From an uncultured cyanobacterium (GTDB taxonomy: Bacteria > Cyanobacteriota > Cyanobacteriia > CAKZMO01), in assembly GCA_963719515.1 (NCBI GenBank), contig CAVRCJ010000005.1:192001-256000 (forward strand): a DNA stretch of 64,000 nucleotides, in the 5' to 3' direction. Shown here in pieces: positions 41,533 through 50,623 of this stretch (the stretch's first letter is position 1; every line of letters begins with the position of its first letter). The translations under genes and the position numbers were made by a program. The notes under the pieces were generated by a model. The model saw nothing but the letters and a program-made list of their open reading frames with translations. It did no database searches and was not told where the DNA came from.

Positions 41533-41561
41533 AAAAAGCGCCCCGGTGCTTACGGGGCGCT
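41533..41561 (-). terminator. Intrinsic terminator of the sigma factor gene
   Basis: AGCGCCCCG-N7-CGGGGCGCT followed by a T-run on the minus strand, ~35 nt past the stop. Confidence 0.7.
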
Positions 41562-41595
41562 CGAAGCGGCGTCGATTTTACTCAGACCGGTAGGA

Positions 41596-42585
41596 CTAGC
41601 TGGCCAAGTAACCTTTTACCGTAGCTTTGCGGCGGCGTAGGTGATCTAGCGCCTGACGCTCAAGCTGACGAACGCGCTCGCGGCTAATGCTCATCTGCTG
41701 TCCCACTTTGGCAAGTGAAAGCTCGCGGCCATCGCTGAGGCCAAAGCGCAGGGAAAGCACCTCCCGCTGCTGCGGCGTCAGCTCAGCCATCAGGTTGTTT
41801 AGATCCTGTCGCAGAAGCTGCTGAGTCGCATAATCTTCAGGAGAGGCGTCTTCATCCTCCAGCAGGTCCTGCAGTTCGGTATCCTGATTGTCTCCCACCC
41901 GCATATCGAGGGACACGGGCTGACGAGACATCAGCAGGTACTCGCGGATTTGGGCGGGCTCTAGGTCTAAGGCTGCTGCAATCTCAGCTGGATTGGGAAC
42001 CCGCCCCAGCTCTTGGGTCAACTCGCGCTGCACCTTCTTGATCTTGTTGAGCTTCTCAGTGATGTGAATTGGCAATCGGATGGTGCGAGCCTGCTGAGCG
42101 ATTGCCCGAGTGATGGCCTGTCGGATCCACCAGTAGGCATAGGTTGAGAACTTATAGCCCCGCGTGGGATCAAACTTCTCGACCCCCCGCTCAAGCCCCA
42201 ACGTACCTTCCTGAATTAGATCAAGAAACTCCAGGTTGCGCTTTTGGTACTTTTTCGCGATCGCAACGACCAGCCGTAAGTTGGCCTCAATCATCTGCTT
42301 TTTAGCGTGCTGGCCTTCACGAAGAACTGCGTTGAATTCATCGGCCTCTAAATCAGATGCTGCTTGCCATTCTTCGGAAGTCGGCTCACGCTCAAGCTGA
42401 CTTGTTAAATCATTCTTAAGATCGAGAAGCTGCATCATTTTTTGAACCCGCTTCCCGTAAATGATTTCTTGCTCATGGGTAAGCAGGGGGACTCGGCCAA
42501 TCTCATGCAGGTAGGTTCTCACCATATCTGCAGTAAACATTGGGGCTTCTTTTCTCTTTGAACGGCTAGACGTCTTTGTGGGCAT
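41596..42585 (-). CDS. Group 2 RNA polymerase sigma factor (SigB-like)
   Basis: DMVRTYLHEIGRVPLL, ANLRLVV, KFSTYAYWWIRQ, SRERVRQLE. No region 1.1. Confidence 0.93.
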   Translation of the reverse strand: MPTKTSSRSKRKEAPMFTADMVRTYLHEIGRVPLLTHEQEIIYGKRVQKMMQLLDLKNDLTSQLEREPTSEEWQAASDLEADEFNAVLREGQHAKKQMIEANLRLVVAIAKKYQKRNLEFLDLIQEGTLGLERGVEKFDPTRGYKFSTYAYWWIRQAITRAIAQQARTIRLPIHITEKLNKIKKVQRELTQELGRVPNPAEIAAALDLEPAQIREYLLMSRQPVSLDMRVGDNQDTELQDLLEDEDASPEDYATQQLLRQDLNNLMAELTPQQREVLSLRFGLSDGRELSLAKVGQQMSISRERVRQLERQALDHLRRRKATVKGYLAS

Positions 42586-43663
42586 TAGGGAACTACCTCA
42601 TCGAGCAGTGAACGTAAAAATAGAATAAGTCGAATGAAATTTGAAACAGCTAAGCGCTCGAAGCGTCAAACCAGACTAGCTAAAGAAAGAACTGGGCGGC
42701 TAAAATACTGCGTGAGCTATGCAATTGACCGGTAAGTATACTCTCAGGGCAGATACGCCGTCAAGTGCTGCGCCGGCATCGTAACTGTGGTGAATGAATA
42801 CCCTCGCAGCCTAGACAGCCGTAGGCCAAGAGATAGTCTGGTCGGTCTAAACAAGAGGACGCTCAAATGGCCTTTAACTGCGCCGTCATGCCGATGCAGG
42901 CTCGGCCACAATTTAGGCAATCAGATGGCTGGAAGCAACCCGTTAGCGCCACACCTTAACTGCATTAGATACAGCTAGGAGCACCCTAAGGATGTAGAGC
43001 CAAGACGACCTGAACCAGCGCCTTTGAATCTACAGAGGCCTGAGTAGGTAGACATTTGAGCAATCCCACGCCTCAAAACAGATTCGAACGCTTGCCTATA
43101 CATATAGTATAACCGATGTCGAAGTCGTTATGAGTTTAGCTTGATTACGTGCCATTACAACTTTACGAGCTACAACAGAGAATGCATTCATCCAATGGGA
43201 TGAGGTTTTACAAATGTTTATTTTGGCTACTTTTTGAAAATATAGCCTTACTTGAATGTAGCCCCGAAGGCTTAGAAAAACATTAAAGGAATAGGTAAAG
43301 TTTGCTGATAGGTTCGATGTCAAGCTCTAAGAGCCGCTCGAGCTTGATAGCGCCAGAGGAGGGTACAGACGTAATTTTCCATGGAGCAAGTCGACGATTC
43401 AAGGGTCGCTTTGGAATAGGGGGTTTAACCCATGACTCAAGCCTCTAAACGAACTCAGCAACCGGCTACAACAGCACCCAGGTAAATCCTGATTGTCAAT
43501 GTACTGCTAGGGGGTTACATAATATTGTGGACGAAGAGGCCGTTTAGAAACACTGCCGGGGATGAGGAGATAACCGAACAAACTAGGGGAGATCTGAGCG
43601 TCGTCATAGTTTGCAGGTAGAGTTCAACTCTCACGCCCCCCGGGGCGATCGCCCTCAACAGCT

Positions 43664-45394
43664 CTAAAATCCCAAATCTAGGCGCGCGGTCTCTGCTTCC
43701 CGCAAAACCTCCGCCGTCGGTCGCTCTTCCCAGTCGGGTTCGGCAACGGCGCTGTAGAAAGTTTGGTCGTAGGGACGGGTGCGCACGACCACAGGCATAG
43801 GAACGGCGTGCCCAAGCAGCAGGGCCTGCTGCTTGGAGTCCAGCTTTGCCAGCACCGAGCGCAGGCTTTGACTGCCTGAAACTCCGGTAAAAATTGCGTC
43901 GATGTCTTTGTCGTCGTTGAGCAGTGCCGTAATTCGGGTGCCAATCTGGGACATCACCTCGGTGTCAATCCCTGAAGGCCGCTGGTCCACCACAAGCAGC
44001 GTGACAAAGTATTTGCGCATCTCGCGGGCGATAGTGCCAAAAATCGTCTGTCTGACCGTGCTCGAATCCAGGAAGCGATGGGCCTCTTCGATAGTGATCA
44101 CTAGGGGCTGGGGGCGATCGCTGGGGTTCTTGGTCTGTAAAAACTGCTCGGCTTTGCGCACGTAGCTGCCGTGAATGCGGCGGGAGATGATGTTGGTGGC
44201 CAGCATGTAGGACAGCAGATTGGACTGGGAGCCAAACTCGACCACCACATGCTTACCCGCTTCAAGGGAAGACAGAATCTGCCCGACGCCGTCTTGAGGG
44301 CAGCTGTTGCGAATATATTTTAGGTCGTCTAGTCGGGTCAGCTTGCGCTGCAGCGCCATAATAGACGACTTGTTTCCCATTTTGGTCTCGCAAAATTCCT
44401 GAATTTCTTCATTACTCATAGACAACAATCTGGTGATCCAAGAGCGCCCAAACTCGTTGCGTAAAATAATGGCGTTTTCTAGGCTGGCCTCCGACAAATT
44501 CAGCTCCCCCCGCACCAGCATCAAGTCCTCAACCTCAATTTGGTTGTAGCTGATGTACAAATCCTGCGCGTCGCGGACGCCTCGCCGCTGGGTTGACTCA
44601 CTGTCGAGGGTGTAAATCTGCACCTGGGAGGGAAACAGCTGCCGCAGCCCTTTGACGGTGCTAAAGCTTCGACCCTCCTGCACCGCCTCCCAGCCGTATT
44701 CCGAATGCATGTCAAAGATGAGGTTGACGGCGGCCTGCTTACGGATGATTCCCGACAGCAGCAGCCGCGTCAAAAACGACTTGCCGGTGCCCGACTTACC
44801 AAAGATGCCGTTGCTGCGCTCTACTAGTCGGTCTAGGTCAAGGCAAACCGGCACGTCCATATCGATGGGTTGACCGATGGCAAAGTTGCGCCGGGTGGGA
44901 TCGTCTTCCCAACCAAACACGGCGCGAAAGTCGTATTCTCTAGCCTCAAACACCTGGCTAAAGTGGCTGGGCACCGTTTTCACCGGCAATAGCTCCATTT
45001 CGGTGCTGGTTTGGGCCTGATACGACGCCGCCCCGTTTTGCGTTTTGCTGGACGTCTCACCCTCAGTGGCCCTACTGCGAGCGCCCGATGCCCCAGGCTC
45101 CGGATTGAGCATCAGCATGGGGGCCAGCTCGACGGTGCCGTAGGTGCTGCTGCCCGCCAACACCTCCTGCATGAACCCATCGCCGGGCTCGGGAGGGCTC
45201 GCGGCGATGCGGTCGCTGGTGGTGCCCAGGGCAACGTCGGTCAGCAGGCAGAAAAACTGCGATCGCTTGCCGTGGACGACTAAAAATTTGCCGACGCGCA
45301 TATCTTCGATGGAGACATTGGCGTGGAGCCGCACCTCTAGCCCCTTGCTCAGGGAGCCTTGAACAACGACCCCAAGAGGATGATCTAGCGTCAT
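43664..45394 (-). CDS. HerA/FtsK-family ATPase (HAS barrel + DUF87-type)
   Basis: Walker A GKSGTGKS, FDMHSEYG, Walker B ITIEEAH, REMRKY, DQRP. Confidence 0.9.
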   Translation of the reverse strand: MTLDHPLGVVVQGSLSKGLEVRLHANVSIEDMRVGKFLVVHGKRSQFFCLLTDVALGTTSDRIAASPPEPGDGFMQEVLAGSSTYGTVELAPMLMLNPEPGASGARSRATEGETSSKTQNGAASYQAQTSTEMELLPVKTVPSHFSQVFEAREYDFRAVFGWEDDPTRRNFAIGQPIDMDVPVCLDLDRLVERSNGIFGKSGTGKSFLTRLLLSGIIRKQAAVNLIFDMHSEYGWEAVQEGRSFSTVKGLRQLFPSQVQIYTLDSESTQRRGVRDAQDLYISYNQIEVEDLMLVRGELNLSEASLENAIILRNEFGRSWITRLLSMSNEEIQEFCETKMGNKSSIMALQRKLTRLDDLKYIRNSCPQDGVGQILSSLEAGKHVVVEFGSQSNLLSYMLATNIISRRIHGSYVRKAEQFLQTKNPSDRPQPLVITIEEAHRFLDSSTVRQTIFGTIAREMRKYFVTLLVVDQRPSGIDTEVMSQIGTRITALLNDDKDIDAIFTGVSGSQSLRSVLAKLDSKQQALLLGHAVPMPVVVRTRPYDQTFYSAVAEPDWEERPTAEVLREAETARLDLGF

Positions 45395-45502
45395 AATGCC
45401 GGTAGCCCGTGAACAGTTCAGCGGTGACAATACCAATGTACTGTACATTCTGCCTTGCTTACAGGCTGTGTCTTTCGCTGCTGAATGTCAGAGCGTTATC
45501 AC

Positions 45503-48500
45503 TTACAGCGTTACCGGTACGATCGGCTCGATATCGGGGGCGTAGCCTCCGACCTGGTTGGTCCGCAGCACCCACACCGACGCGCCGTGCTCTAGAAACA
45601 CCTTGACGATCACGTCACTCGCCTTGCGGGGCAGCAGCGTCCGCCAGCTCCCAAGGCCCATGATCAAGTTGCGAATGGGCTCGTCTTCGAGGGTGCTGCC
45701 CAGGTTGTATTCGTTTTTCTCCCAGTCGGCTCTGGGGGAGCCAAAGGGCTGCAGCACCCGCTGCAGGTCGTCGCCTAGAGCTACGCTCCGCTGAAGCCGC
45801 GCCGCCTGGTCAGGGTGCTGGGCAATCCAGCCGCGCTCCGCACCGTTCTCTAGGGTGCGGTCTAGCCGCTCTAAGGCGGCAAACAGCGCCTGATTCGAAT
45901 CCTGAGAGCAGTTGTTGGCGATGCCGACGTAGGTGCCCCCCGTGCCGTTACCGATGCGGTAGCGGGCGGCCATGGCGCTCAGCTGCGTCACCATGGTCGA
46001 TAGGGGCGATCGCCGTTCTCTACCCATCTCATACCAGCCGGTGAAGCTGTCGAGCTTGACCAACAGGTCGCACACCGGGCGCGTCCCCATCCAGCCAAAC
46101 TGGCGATCGCCCATGTAGCGGTTCCAGTGCAGCGCTCCTGCAATCAGGCCGTCGGTGTTGTGGGTGTAGATTTGGTGGTAGTGGATATCGAAGCGCAGCT
46201 CGTCCGCCAGCGGATCATGCACCACCGTCGCCACGCCGTAGGCAAAGTGGCCAAAGAAAACCGGTCCTCCCGCCGCCGGTTCGCGCTTTTCTCCCCCAAT
46301 GCCGCCGTAGACATGCAGCACCAGGGCGCGATCGCCCGCTTGCCAGGAGTCAATCGCCCGCTGTAGGGCGTCTGAAGTGCCGCTGTCTCGCGCTGCGCAG
46401 AGCACCGACGACGCCTTTCCTTTTTTTGTAGTGATATCGTCCCAGGTTTGACTCCGGATGTGGCGATAGGCCGCATTCTCCCCAAACAGCACCCGATCGG
46501 GCCGTAGGTTGAGCAGCGATCGCGGCGCGAGGGACTGCACCACAAACTGCCCCGCGTCGTTGGGCGTCCCGTAGATATACCAGCCGCTCTCATTGACCGG
46601 GGATTTCTCCAGGTGCTGCCGCGACGAGGGGAAGCAGCTGTTTTGGTCGGCCACCACTGCGGGCAAGTCGACTGTCTCCTGAGGGCCATTAAACTGGCGA
46701 GAGTGACGATCAAAATGGACGACGCAATATTGGTCCTCCCCCACTTGTTCTACGAACTGCACCAGGCCGTAGTATCGCCCCGTAATCTGTACGGGCTCCC
46801 GGCTGATGTAAAGAGTGGGGGGCTGGCTTTTCTGACTTGGCAGGTCGGAGGAGCCCTCTAACGGGTCTAGCGCTTCGGCCATCACGCCTCCAACCGTCAC
46901 TCCCTCCAGCAGAACGACGACGTCATCTACCGGATGGGAGCCCGCCAAAGATTCTAGGGGGTCCACCTGCTGCCAGTGGTTGAGGCGCTCGGGGTGGACC
47001 AGCCCGCCGTAGATGCTGCTATATTCCGCATCAGCGCTAAAGTGCAGGTCTTTGGTCACCGCTTTTACCCAGCGCCGCACCGCTGGATCAGAGCTCCACT
47101 TCAGCACGACCACCTGGCCAATCAGCCGTGAATACGCTTCAGGGGTGTGATAGACCTCCAGCAGCACTCCCGCCGGCAGCCGCTGGTTTCGCTGGGGTAA
47201 AATGAGCCGCCCTAGCCAAGGGCCAACCGGGCGGTAGTACTCGCGGTAGAGCTTCGAGGTCTGTACCGGGGGGTGGACGGGATATGTGTTGGGTCGGTTG
47301 AATGTAGCCTTGCGGTAGCGAGTGTAGTTGCTAGGCTGGGCAGCGCTGAGGTCCGGTGTAGGAAGCAGCTCGCCGCGCAGAATATTGAGGATGGTGTCGA
47401 TGGTCTTTTGAAGCGCCGTTTGTCCATTGGGTAGCGTCACTTTAGGGTCAAGAATGCCGCCGGGAACCTGGTGGCCCACGGGGCCTAAGGACACAGTAGA
47501 GATATTGCCGTAGCGCCTAGCGCGATTCCAGTAGGACAGGAAAAAGAGCCGCCAGCGCCCTGGAAACATGACGGGACCGATACGCTCGACGGTGTCTTTG
47601 TCCCCTACAAGGTGGTAGAGCTGCTCTAGCTTCAAAATGTTGCAGTTGCCGCTGATCACGCCGCCCAGAGAAATTACGTCAATGGGGGCGCTGAGGGCGC
47701 GTTTGAGCACCGGGGCACAGGCACAAGAAATCTGGCCGCCGCCGCTGTAGCCAATTAGGGTGATAGGGGTGCCGCTGCCCACGTCGTAGCCGTTTTTCAT
47801 CAGACCGTTGAACACCACCTGGGCCACGCCGTGGTTATAGAGGGGGCCGTAGCGCCGGTCCGCCGACACCCCCACAATTAAGACGTTGCGGATGTTGACC
47901 AACAGGCCCAGCAGCGCCGTTGGGTTGGCAAAGCGGGCCCGGTCAGCAAGCTTCCAAAGAAAGGCGAGCGGACGGTCCTCATCTAGGGGGTTATTGAGAA
48001 CGGAGTAGGGCATGATGCCGCGAATCAGCGCTACGTCTGGCGGAAGCGATCGCCCCAGCGCATCTAAAAAGTCTTCGATATCCGGCAGGTATTCAAACGT
48101 GGATTTGCCAATACCGTCTAAATAAACGATGTAGCGCGAGATGGCCGGCGCTTCGGCAGGTGAAGGGGAGGTCTCAGCCGCTGGCGAGTCACGGGTGGGC
48201 ACAGCTAGCTCCCCCGCATTCACCGTGACGTCGATCTCATCGTTATACCAGCCGGCCCACCAGCCCAGGGTTTCCAGCGGAGCCAGCAGCCCCGCCACGA
48301 CGATGCCAATCAGCCCTATCCAGGTAAAGTCAATCAGAGTGCCCAGAAACTCCGGCAGATCGCCATATCCCAGTAGCCAGCCTCGCAGCGGCCTAAGCGT
48401 AATTACTACAGCGCTAGTGAGGATTGCCATACCCACCAGCCCTAAAATCGTCCTTAGAACGCGATTTTGGCGGCCTAGATCGTCAGCCCCGCTGTCTGGC

Positions 48501-49282
48501 GAGACCACCTCGCTCGCCGTTAAGCTCATCTCCAAGGCTGAATGCGTCTCCGTAGCGGCACGCTCGGCGCTAGTCGGGAGCGGTGTTGCTCGGTCCGCTA
48601 ACCGCTGCTGAAGCTCGTCAGTCCAAGCGATTTCACTGATGCGATCGCGCAGCGCCTCCAAAATATCCTGTCGCCCCGTCACCAGCTCCACCCCTGCCAC
48701 CCGGTTGGCGAGTCGGTCTCCCAAGTTGGCGACGGGCTGCCCCACCGTATTCTGCAAAATCTGCAGCACAATCCACCCCAGCGCAATGTGGCTGAGGGCT
48801 GACCCAAAACTTGAGCCCGTAACGGCGCTAAACCCCGCCCCCATCGCCAGCAGATGCCACAGAGAAAGCAAGGTTAAGAGGGGCACCCCCAGGTAGGGTA
48901 AGGCTCCAAAGAAGCTGAAAATCAGCGGGGCGTAGCTGATGCCCAAAATAGTCGCCAGCACTCGGAACGGGATGTCCTCGGACCAGGGCAGTAGGGTAAT
49001 TAGCCAAGTGCTGGCAATTAGAAAAAAGGAGCCCGCCGCAAACAAAATCCCGTTGACAATTAGGCTCAGCGCGAAGCGCAGTGGCTTTACCCGGTTGATA
49101 AATAGAACAATAGCTTGGGCGATCGCCTGAGATAGCCCAGCAATCAGCGCGATGGCGATCGCAATCCAGATTCCTTGGGACAGCGTAGAGATATCGCGGA
49201 GCGCCTCTGTGCTGAGGGCGAAGGTCCAGCCCACTAAATCCCAAAAGCGCAATGCCGGATCAACAATAGCGGCGTTAACCAT
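45503..49282 (-). CDS. Large multidomain membrane protein: Yip1-like TM region, alpha/beta-hydrolase-like domain, large soluble C-terminal domain
   Basis: Several N-terminal TM helices, YLDGIG and LIGYSGGGQ (GxSxG), C-terminal GHFAYG/YTHN/NCSQDS motifs seen in cyanobacterial proteins usually labelled CAAX protease. Confidence 0.7.
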   Translation of the reverse strand: MVNAAIVDPALRFWDLVGWTFALSTEALRDISTLSQGIWIAIAIALIAGLSQAIAQAIVLFINRVKPLRFALSLIVNGILFAAGSFFLIASTWLITLLPWSEDIPFRVLATILGISYAPLIFSFFGALPYLGVPLLTLLSLWHLLAMGAGFSAVTGSSFGSALSHIALGWIVLQILQNTVGQPVANLGDRLANRVAGVELVTGRQDILEALRDRISEIAWTDELQQRLADRATPLPTSAERAATETHSALEMSLTASEVVSPDSGADDLGRQNRVLRTILGLVGMAILTSAVVITLRPLRGWLLGYGDLPEFLGTLIDFTWIGLIGIVVAGLLAPLETLGWWAGWYNDEIDVTVNAGELAVPTRDSPAAETSPSPAEAPAISRYIVYLDGIGKSTFEYLPDIEDFLDALGRSLPPDVALIRGIMPYSVLNNPLDEDRPLAFLWKLADRARFANPTALLGLLVNIRNVLIVGVSADRRYGPLYNHGVAQVVFNGLMKNGYDVGSGTPITLIGYSGGGQISCACAPVLKRALSAPIDVISLGGVISGNCNILKLEQLYHLVGDKDTVERIGPVMFPGRWRLFFLSYWNRARRYGNISTVSLGPVGHQVPGGILDPKVTLPNGQTALQKTIDTILNILRGELLPTPDLSAAQPSNYTRYRKATFNRPNTYPVHPPVQTSKLYREYYRPVGPWLGRLILPQRNQRLPAGVLLEVYHTPEAYSRLIGQVVVLKWSSDPAVRRWVKAVTKDLHFSADAEYSSIYGGLVHPERLNHWQQVDPLESLAGSHPVDDVVVLLEGVTVGGVMAEALDPLEGSSDLPSQKSQPPTLYISREPVQITGRYYGLVQFVEQVGEDQYCVVHFDRHSRQFNGPQETVDLPAVVADQNSCFPSSRQHLEKSPVNESGWYIYGTPNDAGQFVVQSLAPRSLLNLRPDRVLFGENAAYRHIRSQTWDDITTKKGKASSVLCAARDSGTSDALQRAIDSWQAGDRALVLHVYGGIGGEKREPAAGGPVFFGHFAYGVATVVHDPLADELRFDIHYHQIYTHNTDGLIAGALHWNRYMGDRQFGWMGTRPVCDLLVKLDSFTGWYEMGRERRSPLSTMVTQLSAMAARYRIGNGTGGTYVGIANNCSQDSNQALFAALERLDRTLENGAERGWIAQHPDQAARLQRSVALGDDLQRVLQPFGSPRADWEKNEYNLGSTLEDEPIRNLIMGLGSWRTLLPRKASDVIVKVFLEHGASVWVLRTNQVGGYAPDIEPIVPVTL

Positions 49283-49462
49283 GGCGAACAAGGCCCCAGA
49301 ACGGTGAGCCACATAATATCAAAGAGCGATTACCTGCGCTCGATATCAGGCTACCCCGATATCGTCACTGTGCAAGAATTGCCCTTGAGGCTGTTGCTGT
49401 GGCTATCGCTATGGTTGGCGTGGCGGCTTGACGTGGCGGCTTACGGTCGCCGCCGCTCGTCG

Positions 49463-49693
49463 CTACGCTACCGCGTGAAACATGGGCTCAACCATCAGCG
49501 TTGAGTCTTGACGGCCTGTTACTCGCACAGCGGTTCCGGGGACGAGGGTAATCGGTGCGAGGCAACGGGCCCGCCACCACGAGCCGCTGTACTTGACCCA
49601 GCCCGATTGGTCAGCCGTAATTTCTTTGTCCACCAAGGCTTTGGTGTCGGTGTACTGAAAGTAGTTGGACGAAAAGATCTGTGAGGATTTCAT
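49463..49693 (-). CDS. Small NfeD-like C-terminal (OB-fold) protein without TM domain
   Basis: G.VKY.GSWWRARC...L.PGT.VRV.GRQ..TL.VEP. GGAG RBS before ATG 49693. Confidence 0.8.
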   Translation of the reverse strand: MKSSQIFSSNYFQYTDTKALVDKEITADQSGWVKYSGSWWRARCLAPITLVPGTAVRVTGRQDSTLMVEPMFHAVA

Positions 49694-49798
49694 GGCTGTG
49701 TCTCTCCACGTGCTGATAGTGTCAGAGCTTAGATATGAGCAATTGTGTCGTTCAGCCAAGTTGCCGAGGCTTGGCGTTTAATCCTGGGAACATCTGCG

Positions 49799-50017
49799 CT
49801 AGAGCAAAACCAATAGGGTAAATATGGCGATCGCTGCTGCGAGAGGTCCGGAGGCGCTGCTTGAAGGATCGGTAGCGTCGGCAGTATAAGAACACCTTGG
49901 TGTGATGCACTTGTACTGACTGCCGCGATGAACGATCCGGTTGCCCTTGCAGTAGGGACACGTCATATTTTCAGCGTGGGCCCACTCTAGTTGTGATTGC
50001 TGTAAGCCAGTTATCAT
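49799..50017 (-). CDS. Small Zn-ribbon protein with C-terminal membrane anchor
   Basis: GGAGG RBS, CPYC-X13-CITPRC, hydrophobic tail LAAAIAIFTLLVLL. Confidence 0.65.
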   Translation of the reverse strand: MITGLQQSQLEWAHAENMTCPYCKGNRIVHRGSQYKCITPRCSYTADATDPSSSASGPLAAAIAIFTLLVLL

Positions 50018-50623
50018 AGTGGTCCTCCGATAGACAGCGAGAAGGAAGCAGCTCTAGCCGCAACAGTTAAGGTTGGCGACCTCGAATTCTGTTCGGTTAG
50101 GGTAAACGCAAACAGGTGCGCTAGAGCCGCAAACGTCAGGTGTTGAGACTTAGGTCGATGGGCGGTAAACCGATCTCCCTAAATGTCTCTAGACACCACT
50201 ATCCCAGCGACTTGTCGAGGAAATTCTCGCAAAACTGTCGATCGACAGTATTCGTCAGCCCGTTTTTAAAGCTTTGATGAAGCCTGCAGCGTCCGCTGGC
50301 AGAGGCTCATAGAGCATCCGAAAGAAGATAAAGAGAAAAACCAGGAAAAAATTTTAGCTGAGCCGAGCTAGCTAGATGATGGACAAAATTGTGCTGCTTT
50401 GCGCGAGCTTCGATGCGAAAAAGCGCCAATTTTGTGTCACTTTATTACAACAAAGCTGCTGAAGGCAAAATTTCGAGCCTAGTGGCAAAGGGCTTGCCTA
50501 GACTAAATTGAGCGGCAGAATACGGCTCTGGTGGGGTGCAGTACGGTAGCATACCTGCTAGAGCCACGTCTGGCAAGCGCAGCTCGATTGACGGAAATCA
50601 GGTGTTGAGTAATCTACTAGACC

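Noticed and set aside
43106..43160. NtcA-activated promoter for the sigma factor
   Set aside because: Best candidates (GTA-N8-AAA, GTA-N8-TAA) do not give GTA-N8-TAC at the proper spacing.
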